Shown here piece by piece: positions 1-10,007 of a stretch of DNA of 64,000 nucleotides. A program made the position numbers and the translations under genes. Every line of letters begins with the position of its first letter. The first letter of the stretch is position 1. This DNA comes from Endozoicomonas sp. SCSIO W0465 (GTDB lineage: Bacteria; Pseudomonadota; Gammaproteobacteria; Pseudomonadales; Endozoicomonadaceae), in contig NZ_CP092417.1 of assembly GCF_023716865.1 (NCBI RefSeq), positions 4,876,862 to 4,940,861 on the forward strand, written 5' to 3'. The notes beneath the pieces are model-generated. The model saw nothing but the letters and a program-made list of their open reading frames with translations, was not told the DNA's origin and made no database searches.

Positions 1-543
1 ATTTTGTGTAGAATCATCGTGCTCAAGCGACAGAGTATAAACCTTGTTCCGCTGGACAATAATCTGCCGATTAGGTCCTTCCAGAGACCAGGCCACGTTC
101 ATTTGCAACTGCCGTTTCACCACCGCTATCGACTGAACATTAATAAACGCGACCACCTCCGGGCGTTTATCCTGAACCCATGGGCCTGAACTAACCCAAC
201 TACCGGAGTGAACCCTTTGACGCAGATTTTCTATCATAGCTTGTGTCAGCAGCTCGGGTAAGGGCTCCCCCCAGTGATTGTTAACAGAGGACTGTAAACG
301 AACACCACCATCACTCCAGGTAATATTTTTCTTATCCAGCCAACCGGCAACACTCACCGGAAAAACCCCCAGCGTTGGGGGTAGGTCTGAAAGCACGCTC
401 TGCTCTTGAGAAACCGTTGCTGCCACCAGCGTATAATCATGATAAACCGAATTATTGACTGAGCAGCCCGCCATCAGACCCAGCAACAGGATCAGGCAGA
501 ACGCCTGTTTAGCGGCCGCACTCTGACGCCTGACAAGGTTCAA
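1..543 (-). CDS. ABC-transport auxiliary lipoprotein (DUF330 / PqiC-YmbA-like); 3' end cut by the window edge
   Basis: Absent from the ORF track because it runs off the window. Manual minus-strand translation from TTG at 543 gives NLVRRQSAAAKQAFCLILLLGLMAGCSVNNSVYHDYTLVAATVSQ...HWGEPLPELLTQAMIENL. This shows a signal peptide plus lipobox (LMAGC). It lies 17 nt after the MCE gene, the usual fourth gene of mce-type ABC operons. The start codon is uncertain. Confidence 0.55.
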   Translation of the reverse strand, partial: MNLVRRQSAAAKQAFCLILLLGLMAGCSVNNSVYHDYTLVAATVSQEQSVLSDLPPTLGVFPVSVAGWLDKKNITWSDGGVRLQSSVNNHWGEPLPELLTQAMIENLRQRVHSGSWVSSGPWVQDKRPEVVAFINVQSIAVVKRQLQMNVAWSLEGPNRQIIVQRNKVYTLSLEHDDSTQN

Positions 544-560
544 TATATCAAGGTAACTCC

Positions 561-1514
561 TCACCGGGACTCTCCTGACTGTCTACCAAAAATAATCGAA
601 TCGGGTTGACGTTGCAGCAGGTCAGCCAGATCGTCCACCGCCCTGGAAGCACGACTGATGTCTTTTGCACTCTGCGTCAGCTGGTACATCAACGGTGATT
701 CAGGAGCCAGAGTCTCTTCCGCTGTTGACAGGGTCTCCTGCAGTTGAAGCATGGTTTCATTCAGTTGCTGTGTAGCTGCTGGCAGCCGGGTTTTCAACAA
801 TGCGGTCACTTCCCCGGCATCTTGCGACATGGAGGCAAACTCCCGACGAATACCCGCCATACTGGAGCTCATCTCATTGGACATGGTTTCCATACTGACA
901 AATGCCTTACCAACATCATCGATCAGTTTGTCCAGGCGATCATCACCGGTCAGTCTGGCCAGATTATCCAGAACTTCCGTTAAACTACTGGCCATTTCCG
1001 CCATGTTAATGCTCTCAAACCGCTCAATAAACTCTTCCAGATTATTGGGCACTGTAGGAATCTGTGGGTATTCGCTAGCCACCGGCTGCATTTTCGGGAG
1101 AGAGTCAAAGAAGTCCACCTCGATATACAGCAACCCGGTCAATACACTCTGCAATCCAATCTGGGCACTGAGTCCCTGCTTCATCAACTGTCCCAGCACA
1201 TTATGATCACTGCTTTTCCCCTGCTCACTGATGGCATCCGGGTACATATCAATGGTAACCACATTCAAGACCTTCTGGTGATTGTGATACAGTCTGGTCT
1301 TGATACTGATCACTTCACCAATTTTCACACCACGCAGGGTTACCGGTGCGCCAACGTTCAGGCCCTTTATTGAGCTGTCAAACAGTATTTGATAACGCTG
1401 GACATCCTTCCGGGAAAAACCATCCGCATTCAGAAACAACACCAGTACAACCGTCATGGCAAGGATCAGAATGACAAACAGACCGACGGATACCGACAAG
1501 GATTTTCTATTCAT
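561..1514 (-). CDS. MCE/MlaD-family substrate-binding protein of an ABC transporter
   Basis: N-terminal TM anchor, then the MCE core (GLNVGAPVTLRGVKIGEVISI) and a long helical C-terminus. Sits in an operon with MlaE/MlaF-like genes. Confidence 0.85.
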   Translation of the reverse strand: MNRKSLSVSVGLFVILILAMTVVLVLFLNADGFSRKDVQRYQILFDSSIKGLNVGAPVTLRGVKIGEVISIKTRLYHNHQKVLNVVTIDMYPDAISEQGKSSDHNVLGQLMKQGLSAQIGLQSVLTGLLYIEVDFFDSLPKMQPVASEYPQIPTVPNNLEEFIERFESINMAEMASSLTEVLDNLARLTGDDRLDKLIDDVGKAFVSMETMSNEMSSSMAGIRREFASMSQDAGEVTALLKTRLPAATQQLNETMLQLQETLSTAEETLAPESPLMYQLTQSAKDISRASRAVDDLADLLQRQPDSIIFGRQSGESR

Positions 1515-1552
1515 AGACTTCTCTCAGAAAAGCGAGCCTCACTAACCTTAAT

Positions 1553-2362
1553 TTATTGAGTCGCTTTATACATTCCTTCATCTGCACTCTTCTCTCGGAC
1601 ACCTCTGGAAAGAAACTCTCTGACCACGTCGTGTTTACTGTGATTAAGCATATATTCAGGAGACCCGGTATCCAGCTGGGTTTTGGTGTTGGCATCGAGG
1701 AAAACCCCATTGCTGCCAATGGCAAAAATACTGGCCAGCTCATGGGTGACAATAACCACCGTGGCACCGGTTGAGTCCCTTAGCTGCAAAATCAGATCAT
1801 CCAGTCGTCTGGCGCTGAGGGGATCCAGTCCGGCCGAAGGTTCATCAAAAAACAGGATATCCGGATCCAGGGCAATGGCTCTGGCCAGTCCGGCACGCTT
1901 ACACATACCGCCACTGATCTGGGATGGGTAAAAGTCTTCAAAACCGGCCAACCCCACCAGCGCCAGTTTATAACGCACCATATCCAGAACATCGTTATTC
2001 GTCAGTGTCGTGTACTGTTCCAGTGGCAGGGCAACATTTTCTGCTAGTGTTTTATCACTGAACAACGCCCCCCCCTGATACGTCACCCCCCAGCGTTTAC
2101 GCATTGACAGCTGCTGCACAGGGGATGCAGAAAAATAGTTCTGTCCAGCAAACAGGATTTCACCCTCAGCCGGCTGATAGAGCCCAATCATATGCTTCAG
2201 GAGCGTGCTCTTACCGCAACCACTGCCTCCCATAATGACAAACACATCACCCTTGCTGATTTGAAAATGCAGGTTGGACTGAATCAGGTTGCTACCATAC
2301 CTCATGGTCAACCCACGGGCCTCAATCATTACCCCCTGACGCTCCTGTCCCGACTGAATCAT
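1553..2362 (-). CDS. ABC transporter ATP-binding protein (MlaF-like)
   Basis: Walker A GGSGCGKST, signature ISGGMCKRAGLARA, Walker B ILFFDEPSAGLD. The track ORF begins at 2503 but overlaps the upstream gene. The ATG at 2362 lies 2 nt after the permease stop codon; 2329 is an alternative start. Confidence 0.88.
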   Translation of the reverse strand: MIQSGQERQGVMIEARGLTMRYGSNLIQSNLHFQISKGDVFVIMGGSGCGKSTLLKHMIGLYQPAEGEILFAGQNYFSASPVQQLSMRKRWGVTYQGGALFSDKTLAENVALPLEQYTTLTNNDVLDMVRYKLALVGLAGFEDFYPSQISGGMCKRAGLARAIALDPDILFFDEPSAGLDPLSARRLDDLILQLRDSTGATVVIVTHELASIFAIGSNGVFLDANTKTQLDTGSPEYMLNHSKHDVVREFLSRGVREKSADEGMYKATQ

Positions 2363-2364
2363 GC

Positions 2365-3492
2365 TCAGACTCCCAGGTGATAAAAAAGAATATTCAGCCC
2401 GGCGTCTGCCACCACCAGATAGATAATGGCCGTCACTACCGCATTGGTGGTGGCCTGACCGACTGCAGCGGATGAGCGACCACAAGCCAAACCGGCACGA
2501 CATCCAGCCATGGCGATCAATACAGCAAAAACAAAGCTTTTGAAAACGCCAGTCATGATATCACCAATGGAGATCGCGTCCCTGAGCTGGTAAAGGTACA
2601 TCAGCCAGGTAACCTCCATACTGGTAGCCACCAGCCCCCCGCCAAACATGCCCAGGATATTACTGTACAGGCAGAGCAGAGGAATGGTCAGGATCAGCGC
2701 CAGCGTTCTGGGTAACACCAGATAATCCATGGGTTTTATGCCCAGTGTCGTCAAGGCATCAATCTCTTCATTCACCTGCATGGTACCCAGCTGAGCGGCA
2801 TAGGCGGCACCGGTTCGACCCGACATAATCACCGCCGTCATCAATGCCCCCATTTCACGAACCATGCCAACCCCTACCAGATTGGAAACATACACCTCGG
2901 CTCCAAACTGCCGGAGTTGAACCATGCCCAGATAGGCAAGAATCATCCCGATCAGGACACTTTGTAGTGTAATAATCGGCAAAGCTGAAGGTCCGGATTG
3001 ATAACAAAAGTTAATGATATCTGACCAGCGTGCCGAGCCTTTTCGTGAAAACCAGCGGAACAGGGTAAGTGCCAGCTCGCCGGTAAAAACCAGCAGTTCC
3101 ATTGCCTCATCACCCAGACGGGCAACCCGATTGACCAGGTGATGATACAGGGATGGATGTCTTGCCGGTAGCGCCTTGTTGGGGGGGACGGTATTAGCAA
3201 GCCTGAACAAATCGCCGACATCCTCAGGCAGACCACTGAGGTCAAACTGACAATGGGAAGACTCAAGCATTCGCTGGCAGGCCAATAGCCACGCCAGCAA
3301 TCTGGAGTCCCATGAAAAATCATCACCGGTTACAAAGGCAACTGTCTTTAATTGACCAAAATCGAGCAAAGCGGCAACCTGATCCAGAGCTGGTAAAACA
3401 CCACTGGCTGCCCAGCTTCCCTGCAAGGTTATCACAACATTCGCAACATTTGGTTCAGACACCTTATCAACGGTCAGTGTCGCCTGGTTCAT
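2365..3492 (-). CDS. MlaE-family ABC permease with an N-terminal STAS-like extension
   Basis: The C-terminal ~250 aa have typical MlaE TM topology and motifs (SGRTGAAYAAQLGTMQVNEEIDAL). The N-terminal ~110 aa resemble an anti-sigma-antagonist/STAS fold; that part is inference. Confidence 0.8.
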   Translation of the reverse strand: MNQATLTVDKVSEPNVANVVITLQGSWAASGVLPALDQVAALLDFGQLKTVAFVTGDDFSWDSRLLAWLLACQRMLESSHCQFDLSGLPEDVGDLFRLANTVPPNKALPARHPSLYHHLVNRVARLGDEAMELLVFTGELALTLFRWFSRKGSARWSDIINFCYQSGPSALPIITLQSVLIGMILAYLGMVQLRQFGAEVYVSNLVGVGMVREMGALMTAVIMSGRTGAAYAAQLGTMQVNEEIDALTTLGIKPMDYLVLPRTLALILTIPLLCLYSNILGMFGGGLVATSMEVTWLMYLYQLRDAISIGDIMTGVFKSFVFAVLIAMAGCRAGLACGRSSAAVGQATTNAVVTAIIYLVVADAGLNILFYHLGV

Positions 3493-3690
3493 GCTTTTTT
3501 AATGCCTTGAAAAAGGCCCAATAATAACAGGAAGAAGCGATTAGTAGGCAAGCCTGCCAATCACTCCCTGCACAGTTCTTGTTTTACTCTATGGCATCAT
3601 CTCGTACTGTCTCTTATCGAACGGGAACTATTTGCTGCCTATGTTTTCTTAATTAGTTCATACAATATCCAAATAAGCTTCGATCAGGTA

Positions 3691-5046
3691 ATGCTCGCAA
3701 TTATGGATCAAACATTAAGAGTGATTCACTCATGCAGCCCGCCATGTTTTAAGTCAATCCCCCAGGCGGAACGCCCGATATGGCTGGGACGGGAGACAGA
3801 GAGTGTCAATCCAATCAAAACCAGAGAATGTCCTGTTACCACTGTATCTAAGCCCACGCGCACTTCATCCGTATGGACCCCTACCTCATCAGAGCTGGAA
3901 AAAATGGGCACTGCTGCCTTGTACAACACGCTGATTGCCACCAACCACAACCCCGGGCCCAAGCCCAGGTTTGAAGAAAACCCACTATGTGAGGCTGTAC
4001 TCCAAATTGTGACAGGCAAAAAATATCTTGCACAACCAGATACAGTGGAACCACTTGCTCCAAGTACTTTGGGGGGAATACCCATCTTTGAAAATCCCAT
4101 CATCAACGACAACAGCGAGCCTGACAAACCAGACAGTTCACCGATGGAAACCGATTCCTCTGATCAAGAGGAGTACTTGAGATCTGATATTACCGTTCTT
4201 GAACAGGCAACTGTTGATCAGGCAAATAAAGCCAAAACATCTTCAGCAACACCTGATATATCCTTTGTCAACCACTCTGCCATTATAAGCACGCTAAGAG
4301 CACTGAGGGGACAAGAGGTAACCGCCAACTTTGACTTTATCCATGGAAACCTTAGCGCAGGTTTTGCCAGTTTTGCTCCCAAGGGGAGTAAACTGTGCAT
4401 CCAGATATCATTCAAAAAAGATTTAACCCCTCAGGGAATACCGGCACAAATGCTTCAACAACAGTACGAAATATCAGGTAATTTATCATTTGATGATGAT
4501 GCTATGGTAAAGAGGGTTACCTCGATACCTGCCTGGTGCTTTGTGAAAGAGTCCTGGCAACCTGCTTCTGTCAACCCGATTCATCTTGCACGAGGCAGTA
4601 TAAAAATTTCGAAAAAAGAACCAATGAGACATCATTTAATAAACCACCCTCCCTTAACTAAAGGGCAGCAGGAAATTTATGATACAATGACGTCGCTTTT
4701 TAACAGACAACTCAATACCGACATTGTCAGCCTGAAAAATAAACCAAAACCGAAAACCCCTTTAAAGGGGCAGACCTGTTTTTATCTCAGAACGGGCCAA
4801 TTGCTGTTTATCAGTTTCAAAATCCATCCTGCACAAATACCCTTGGGAATAGATTCATCCGTCTACCTGAAATACGGTAAAATTCTTGGCAATTTGAAAT
4901 ACGACCCAAAATGGTTATTCTCTCAAATAGTAAATAATTCAACTTTACTTCATCCATCACGTCCCGGAACGCTTCCATATGCAAACAAAATTTTTTTTCC
5001 TTCCAGTAGCATATCGTTGTATTTTCAAGACAGGAGAGCCCGTTGA
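3691..5046 (+). CDS. hypothetical protein (orphan, no recognisable domain)
   Basis: Long uninterrupted ORF of 451 aa in an otherwise gene-free 1.6-kb gap. No Shine-Dalgarno (SD) sequence is visible and the start is uncertain (3691 or 3703). It has an acidic, S/P-rich central region. Confidence 0.4.
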   Translation: MLAIMDQTLRVIHSCSPPCFKSIPQAERPIWLGRETESVNPIKTRECPVTTVSKPTRTSSVWTPTSSELEKMGTAALYNTLIATNHNPGPKPRFEENPLCEAVLQIVTGKKYLAQPDTVEPLAPSTLGGIPIFENPIINDNSEPDKPDSSPMETDSSDQEEYLRSDITVLEQATVDQANKAKTSSATPDISFVNHSAIISTLRALRGQEVTANFDFIHGNLSAGFASFAPKGSKLCIQISFKKDLTPQGIPAQMLQQQYEISGNLSFDDDAMVKRVTSIPAWCFVKESWQPASVNPIHLARGSIKISKKEPMRHHLINHPPLTKGQQEIYDTMTSLFNRQLNTDIVSLKNKPKPKTPLKGQTCFYLRTGQLLFISFKIHPAQIPLGIDSSVYLKYGKILGNLKYDPKWLFSQIVNNSTLLHPSRPGTLPYANKIFFPSSSISLYFQDRRAR

Positions 5047-5092
5047 CGAATCCGCTCACGGTATACAGGCCAAGATCATCCCAATACAGAGG

Positions 5093-5560
5093 TCAGTTGA
5101 ACATCTCTGAAATACTTAAGGTAATTGTTTCAATCTCCTGAACACTGACCGGTACTACCAGAATCGTATCATCCCCTGCCACACACCCCATAACCCCAGC
5201 TTTAACACCAATGGAATCCAGCAGTCTGGCGATCATCTGGGCAGCGCCCGGGCTGGTCTTGATCACAATCATGGACTCATTATGAGCAACTTCTTCCACC
5301 AGGTCTTTTACCGCAATACTGGAATCCATCTTGCCCAATTCAGGAGGCAGGCAGTAGACCAGCTCATTCAGTGCATTGCGCGCCCGGACCGCACCAAAAC
5401 GGCTGAGCATGCGGGACACTTTGGACTGGCTGATATTATCAAATCCCTGCGCCTGCAGAAGGGTAACAATATGGCTCTGGGACCCGCAGCGTTCCTCTTT
5501 TAGTAGCTGGCGGAAAGAGCGAACCAGGGCATCCTGTTTTTGGCTAGTCATCGTCGTCAA
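5093..5560 (-). CDS. argR: arginine repressor ArgR
   Basis: 155 aa. Winged-helix N-domain ([12 protein letters not shown]) and C-terminal hexamerisation/arginine-binding domain ([12 protein letters not shown]), collinear with enterobacterial ArgR. Confidence 0.9.
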   Translation of the reverse strand: MTTMTSQKQDALVRSFRQLLKEERCGSQSHIVTLLQAQGFDNISQSKVSRMLSRFGAVRARNALNELVYCLPPELGKMDSSIAVKDLVEEVAHNESMIVIKTSPGAAQMIARLLDSIGVKAGVMGCVAGDDTILVVPVSVQEIETITLSISEMFN

Positions 5561-5652
5561 ATAACCTTTGATAAAAATGCAGTCTACTGATTATTCAATA
5601 GGCTAAAAGCCTTCAGTGATAAAACATTTTCTTATAAACAGTTCTGAAATAT

Positions 5653-5699
5653 GTGACAATTATAGAGTACGATCATATAAAAATGAATTTTTATTCACT
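5653..5699 (+). promoter_or_regulatory. putative sigma70 promoter followed by an ARG box (ArgR operator)
   Basis: The -35 element is GTGACA (5653-5658), followed by a 17-nt spacer and a -10 element TATAAA (5676-5681). Directly after it, aaTGAATttttATTCAct (5682-5699) matches every specified position of the 18-bp ARG-box consensus wnTGAATwwwwATTCAnw. It lies 73 nt upstream of the transporter ATPase start. I found no convincing second tandem box. Confidence 0.5.
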
Positions 5700-6501
5700 T
5701 TTTTGTTGATTTTATCCAGTTCATACCAGACAATCCAGCCTAAATCTCAACAGGCAAAAAAGATTCAGGCAATGGGTATCGCAGTACAAAGCCTAAGCAA
5801 GTCCTTTGGTGACCACCAGGTACTGAGGGATATCAGCTTCAGCATCAACAAAGGTGAAACAACCGTATTACTGGGCTCCAGTGGTGCGGGCAAAAGTACG
5901 CTGTTACGCATGCTAAACCTTCTTGAGAGCCCGGATCAAGGCACTCTTAACATAGCTGACATGGCGTTCAGCTTCCCACAGGAGACACCTTCTACAAAGC
6001 GATCTGCAAATGCCTGTCAGCTGAGACGCAAAGTCGGCATGGTCTTCCAGCAATATCACCTTTGGCCACATATGACGGTTCTGGCGAACCTCATGGAAGC
6101 GCCCATACAACAGGGTATGTCCAAAACAGAGGCCAGAGAAAAGGCGATAGGACTACTGGCAAGAATGGGACTGCCGGATAAAGCCAATGCATGGCCCTCT
6201 TCCCTTTCCGGTGGCCAGCAGCAGCGGGTAGCCATTGCCCGGGCGTTAATGCTCTCTCCGGAAGTGTTGCTATTTGACGAACCAACCGCTGCGCTGGACC
6301 CGGCGATTACCAACCAGGTGGTGGAAATCATCAACGAATTGCAGGCCTCTGGCATTACCATGGTCGTGGTAACCCACGAAGTCGAGTTTGCCCGGAAAAT
6401 CGCCAGCCGCGTTGTCTATCCGTCATTCAGCACCCGTATCAGGAATAAATTTCCTGATACGGTCGCCCAAGAATTGAAATAATAGTCAACTGCCTTTCTT
6501 G

Positions 6502-8427
6502 GTACGCCCGGCATGGGCATGAACTGATGGGGTGAAAGTCCCCTGTGGGAGAACCTACATCTGACTGGCGGTAAAGACGCCTGCTGATGACAACCACTAG
6601 CTTAAGGCAAGTGCAGTCCCGCGAGGGGCTGTGCGGAGGCAGTCTGAGTGCAAAGGTGCGAGCCGACGTACAGAAATCGCATATAAGGCTGAGTCTCTGG
6701 GCGAGTGAGCCAAGGATCACAAAGCCCTATGGTTCGTGAGACACGGTAAATGCGGCGGTTGTGCACTGAAAGTTCATGTCCTTATCCGGGGAGATCTGTT
6801 CAACATGCGATTGGTAATTCCCAGTTCTCAGCCACTGGTTACAACAGGCTCGGCGAACAGGTCTCATCATCCTGTTCGAGCAAACCCGATGGCAACCAAT
6901 AGCGCCAGCAGAGGTAACTCCGCGTGGTGATTGGACAGAAGTCAGCAGAGGCCATAGTAGCTGTACGACAGAAGCCATTAACGGATGGGAAGTCGTTAGC
7001 GAAGGGCCGAACATCGACGACAAAGAGGAGACTGATTCCCTCAAGGCGATGCAGCCGTCCGGCGACTCACCGTACTTGGCGACAGAATCTTTAACCAGCT
7101 TTGAACCATGATCTACTAAATTGCGTACTTGAACCGGCTAATCTGGCAAGTGCATGGAAACAGGTCAAAAGCAACAAGGGTGCTCCGGGTATTGATGGAG
7201 TCACTATTGAAGCTTATCCAGACTTTGCCAAACAGCATTGGCCTTCAGTGCGTCAAGCCTTATTGGACGGAACCTACCAGCCATCACCCGTGCGCCGACA
7301 TGTTATAGAAAAGCCGGACGGCGGTGAGCGTTTGCTGGGAATCCCTACCGTGATGGATAGGGTCATACAGCAGGCCATTGTGCAGGTGCTGACCCCTGTC
7401 TTTGATCCGGGTTTCTCTCCAAACAGCTTCGGCTACCGACCGGGACGGTCAGCACACGACGGAGTCCGTCAGGTTAAGCAGTTGATCAACCGGGGGCTTC
7501 ATTACGCTGTTGACGTTGATCTGAGTAAATTCTTTGATACGGTTAATCACGACGTTTTGATGTCGAGGGTCTCCCGTAAGGTCCGCGACAAACGCCTTCT
7601 GAAACTGATTGGTAGCTACCTGCGCTCCGGTGTCATGATTGAGGGCAATGTCTACCCGACCAGGGTTGGCATGCCACAGGGTGGGCCTTTATCACCCTTG
7701 CTGTCTAATGTGGTCCTCGACGAACTCGACAAGGAGCTTGAATATCGGGGTCATTGCTTTGCAAGATACTGTGATGATTTTGTGATTCTCGTCAAAAGTC
7801 AGCGTGCAGGGGATCGGGTGATGCACAGCATTACCCAATTCATTGAACGCAAATTGAAACTGAAGATTAACTCCCGGAAAAGTAAAGTTGTGAAAGCAAC
7901 AGAAAGCGAATTCCTGAGTTTCACCTTCACAGGGAAGAAAGTTCGCTGGGCCCAGAAGTGTCTGGACCGATTCAAATACCGGATACTCAAGTTGACCAGT
8001 CGTCGCTGGGGTGTCTCAATGCAACATCGGTTACGCAAATTGGCACAATATATCCGGGGTTGGATGGGGTATTTCCGGTTATCGGAATATCACCGACCAA
8101 TTCCCCTGCTGGATCAATGGATACGTCGGCGAATCCGTTGCTGCTTTCTGAAGCAATGGCGCAAGCCGAAAACCCGTTTTAAGAATCTGGTCAGGTTAGG
8201 CGTTGATAAAATTAACGCCGCCAAGATCGCAGCCAGCAGCAAAGGGTATTACCGTCTGAGTAAAACCTATGCGGTACAACAGGCACTGAATAACAGTTAC
8301 CTCGCGAAAATTGGGCTTGTTTCATTGAAAGACTTATGGATCAGGTTTCACCATCATCGTTGAACCGCCCGGTGCGGACCCGCATGCCGGGTGCTGTGGG
8401 GAGGGCTGGAGAAAGACCGGCCCTTAC
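6502..8427 (+). mobile_element. bacterial group II intron (ribozyme plus RT/maturase ORF, no En domain)
   Basis: The 5' end GTACGCCCGG... resembles the GUGYG consensus (compare GUGCGCCCAG of Ll.LtrB). The ORF sits where domain IV is expected. After the ORF comes a domain-V-like hairpin (CCCGGTGCG-GACC-CGCATGCCGGG), then a domain-VI-like helix ending ...CTTAC. Boundaries are inferred to within a few nt. Confidence 0.75.
7101..8363 (+). CDS. group II intron reverse transcriptase/maturase
   Basis: RT motifs GAPGIDG, RRHVIEKPDGGERLLGIPTVMDRVIQQA, PQGGPLSPLLSN and YCDDFVIL (YxDD), followed by the maturase X domain (LAQYIRGWMGYF). TTG start. No HNH/En domain at the C-terminus. Confidence 0.9.
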   Translation: MNHDLLNCVLEPANLASAWKQVKSNKGAPGIDGVTIEAYPDFAKQHWPSVRQALLDGTYQPSPVRRHVIEKPDGGERLLGIPTVMDRVIQQAIVQVLTPVFDPGFSPNSFGYRPGRSAHDGVRQVKQLINRGLHYAVDVDLSKFFDTVNHDVLMSRVSRKVRDKRLLKLIGSYLRSGVMIEGNVYPTRVGMPQGGPLSPLLSNVVLDELDKELEYRGHCFARYCDDFVILVKSQRAGDRVMHSITQFIERKLKLKINSRKSKVVKATESEFLSFTFTGKKVRWAQKCLDRFKYRILKLTSRRWGVSMQHRLRKLAQYIRGWMGYFRLSEYHRPIPLLDQWIRRRIRCCFLKQWRKPKTRFKNLVRLGVDKINAAKIAASSKGYYRLSKTYAVQQALNNSYLAKIGLVSLKDLWIRFHHHR

Positions 8428-10007
8428 CCGATTAATCCAACCACATGCTTTTCATGTCCATCGACCAATAGCACGTTGATACCCTGAAAGCAGAAAAACA
8501 CCCAACGCGCTGTCGGGTTTTGGCAGGGTTTCCGCTTCATGTCCGGGAAAAACCGACTCTGTCGTTTTAGCTCATGCCTAATTCGATGCTGAATCGCCGC
8601 ATACACTAACAGACACAGCGTCATCACCATCAGCAAGGCTTCTATTCGTTCCGGTTTCTTTAAAAACAGCGAAGAAACCAGAAACTCCGGGCTCTTCAAA
8701 AACCGAAAGCCACGCTCTACTGACTGTTGTGATTTGTAAGTACTTAGCACTTCTGCTGTACTCAGCCGACTGTCGTCCAGATCATTCGTCGCCAGCACAA
8801 AGCAACCCAGAGAACACTCTGCATCTTTGCGACAGTCAACGGATACCCAAGGATATCCGCTCACATAATATTCAATACTGTCCGGTTTAGAGCCTTTCTC
8901 CGGACGACCTACCTTGGTATAGCAGGGTTTCTCAGTAATGACAGGTTCCGCCTGACAATAAATAGTTTTTGACTGCCATTCATCGAACGCACGCAATGCG
9001 TCGGTTTCACACTTGAAGGCTTTTTTGGCCAGTTTACTGGTCAGCGCTTCTGCTTCTTTCTCAGACTTCTTTAGCATTTTTTTCAGCAGTGTTTTTTGTT
9101 CGCTCTTTCGAGCCTGCTCGCTGCGGACCAGAATCCAGCGCTGGGAGACACCCGCATGATCTGACAGCATTTCATGACTCTCATAGCCCTCAGCACCCTC
9201 CACTGGTGTCATTTCACAAGAAGCGACACTGTCAATCAGTTCTCTGGCTTCTTTGATTTTTGACGGAACCCGGGTGATAAATTGCTGGCCCTGCTGATGA
9301 AGTATCTGTACGTTATCTGTTGTATAAAGTGCTGCATCACCAATCAGGTAGCGATTATTCAGGGCTTCCCGGTAGGATTTCAAATGGCTGCTGATGACTT
9401 TTTTAAAGTTTTTATTGTCGTTTACGTTGCCACTGGACGCTTTCATAAAAACGGGAATACCGGCCTGATTTTCCGTCATCATCAGCAGTATTGCCTGGTT
9501 GAGCTCGGGTCGATGATCCCTGCTGTATCCACGACAGAGTTTGATACAGTGCATATCTTCTTCGTCGACGTCAGATTCGCTGTTATAAACGCCGTCCACA
9601 TGCAAGCTTGTTGAGTCAAGGTTCAGAGCCTTGCACGGCAGTTTTAAGACATTCACTGCCTTGACAGCCAGCGATAAATAGACCTCACTTACATCCAGTT
9701 CAAAAAGCTGATCCAGGGCTCTGCCGAGTACACTGTCGTTAATGTGTTCGGGTTTAATACCGGGCCTGATGAGTTTATCCAGCGGTTTATCAGCATGAAA
9801 CTCCGGGAACATATGAAGCGTGCGGGCAGTGAACCCAAGGCCGTTAAGCAGCATTGATACTACGGTTTCGCCAAAGGAAATATTCCGGTGTTCAGATTGG
9901 TTAGGAACCAGGGAATCCAGATGATTAGAGATACCGAGTTCTTTGCACATACCGGCAACCAAACCCATATGATCGATACGTTGAATGTGGAACTGATGAG
10001 GATGCAT
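8424..10007 (-). CDS. IS1634-family DDE transposase
   Basis: 527 aa. The N-terminus IQRIDHMGLVAGMCKELGI (DUF4277-like) is typical of IS1634-type transposases, and an IS4-superfamily DDE core follows. Its stop codon lies within the last bases of the inferred group II intron 3' end. Confidence 0.85.
   Translation of the reverse strand: MHPHQFHIQRIDHMGLVAGMCKELGISNHLDSLVPNQSEHRNISFGETVVSMLLNGLGFTARTLHMFPEFHADKPLDKLIRPGIKPEHINDSVLGRALDQLFELDVSEVYLSLAVKAVNVLKLPCKALNLDSTSLHVDGVYNSESDVDEEDMHCIKLCRGYSRDHRPELNQAILLMMTENQAGIPVFMKASSGNVNDNKNFKKVISSHLKSYREALNNRYLIGDAALYTTDNVQILHQQGQQFITRVPSKIKEARELIDSVASCEMTPVEGAEGYESHEMLSDHAGVSQRWILVRSEQARKSEQKTLLKKMLKKSEKEAEALTSKLAKKAFKCETDALRAFDEWQSKTIYCQAEPVITEKPCYTKVGRPEKGSKPDSIEYYVSGYPWVSVDCRKDAECSLGCFVLATNDLDDSRLSTAEVLSTYKSQQSVERGFRFLKSPEFLVSSLFLKKPERIEALLMVMTLCLLVYAAIQHRIRHELKRQSRFFPDMKRKPCQNPTARWVFFCFQGINVLLVDGHEKHVVGLIG

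Noticed and set aside
4-189. Plus-strand ORF 4-189 at the window start
   Set aside because: It lies antisense to the better-supported lipoprotein gene, which completes the mce-type operon. It has no motifs.
5575-5610. Second ARG box for argR autoregulation (ACTGATTATTCAATAG region) and tandem partners flanking the perfect box
   Set aside because: Only one half-site (ATTCA) is present near 5593-5597. The 18-mers 3 bp either side of the perfect box match the consensus poorly. I therefore report only the single perfect box.
6439-7044. Minus-strand ORFs 6439-6720 and 6727-7044, and plus-strand ORF 6736-6930
   Set aside because: They lie within the structured 5' ribozyme part (domains I-III) of the group II intron. 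Their composition looks non-coding (Cys/Arg/Ser-rich).
7101-8363. Reverse transcriptase as a retron, DGR or Abi-type defence RT
   Set aside because: The ORF has the maturase X domain and sits inside RNA with a group II 5' end and domain V/VI-like structures. There is no msr/msd-like inverted repeat, no template/variable repeat pair and no accessory effector gene.
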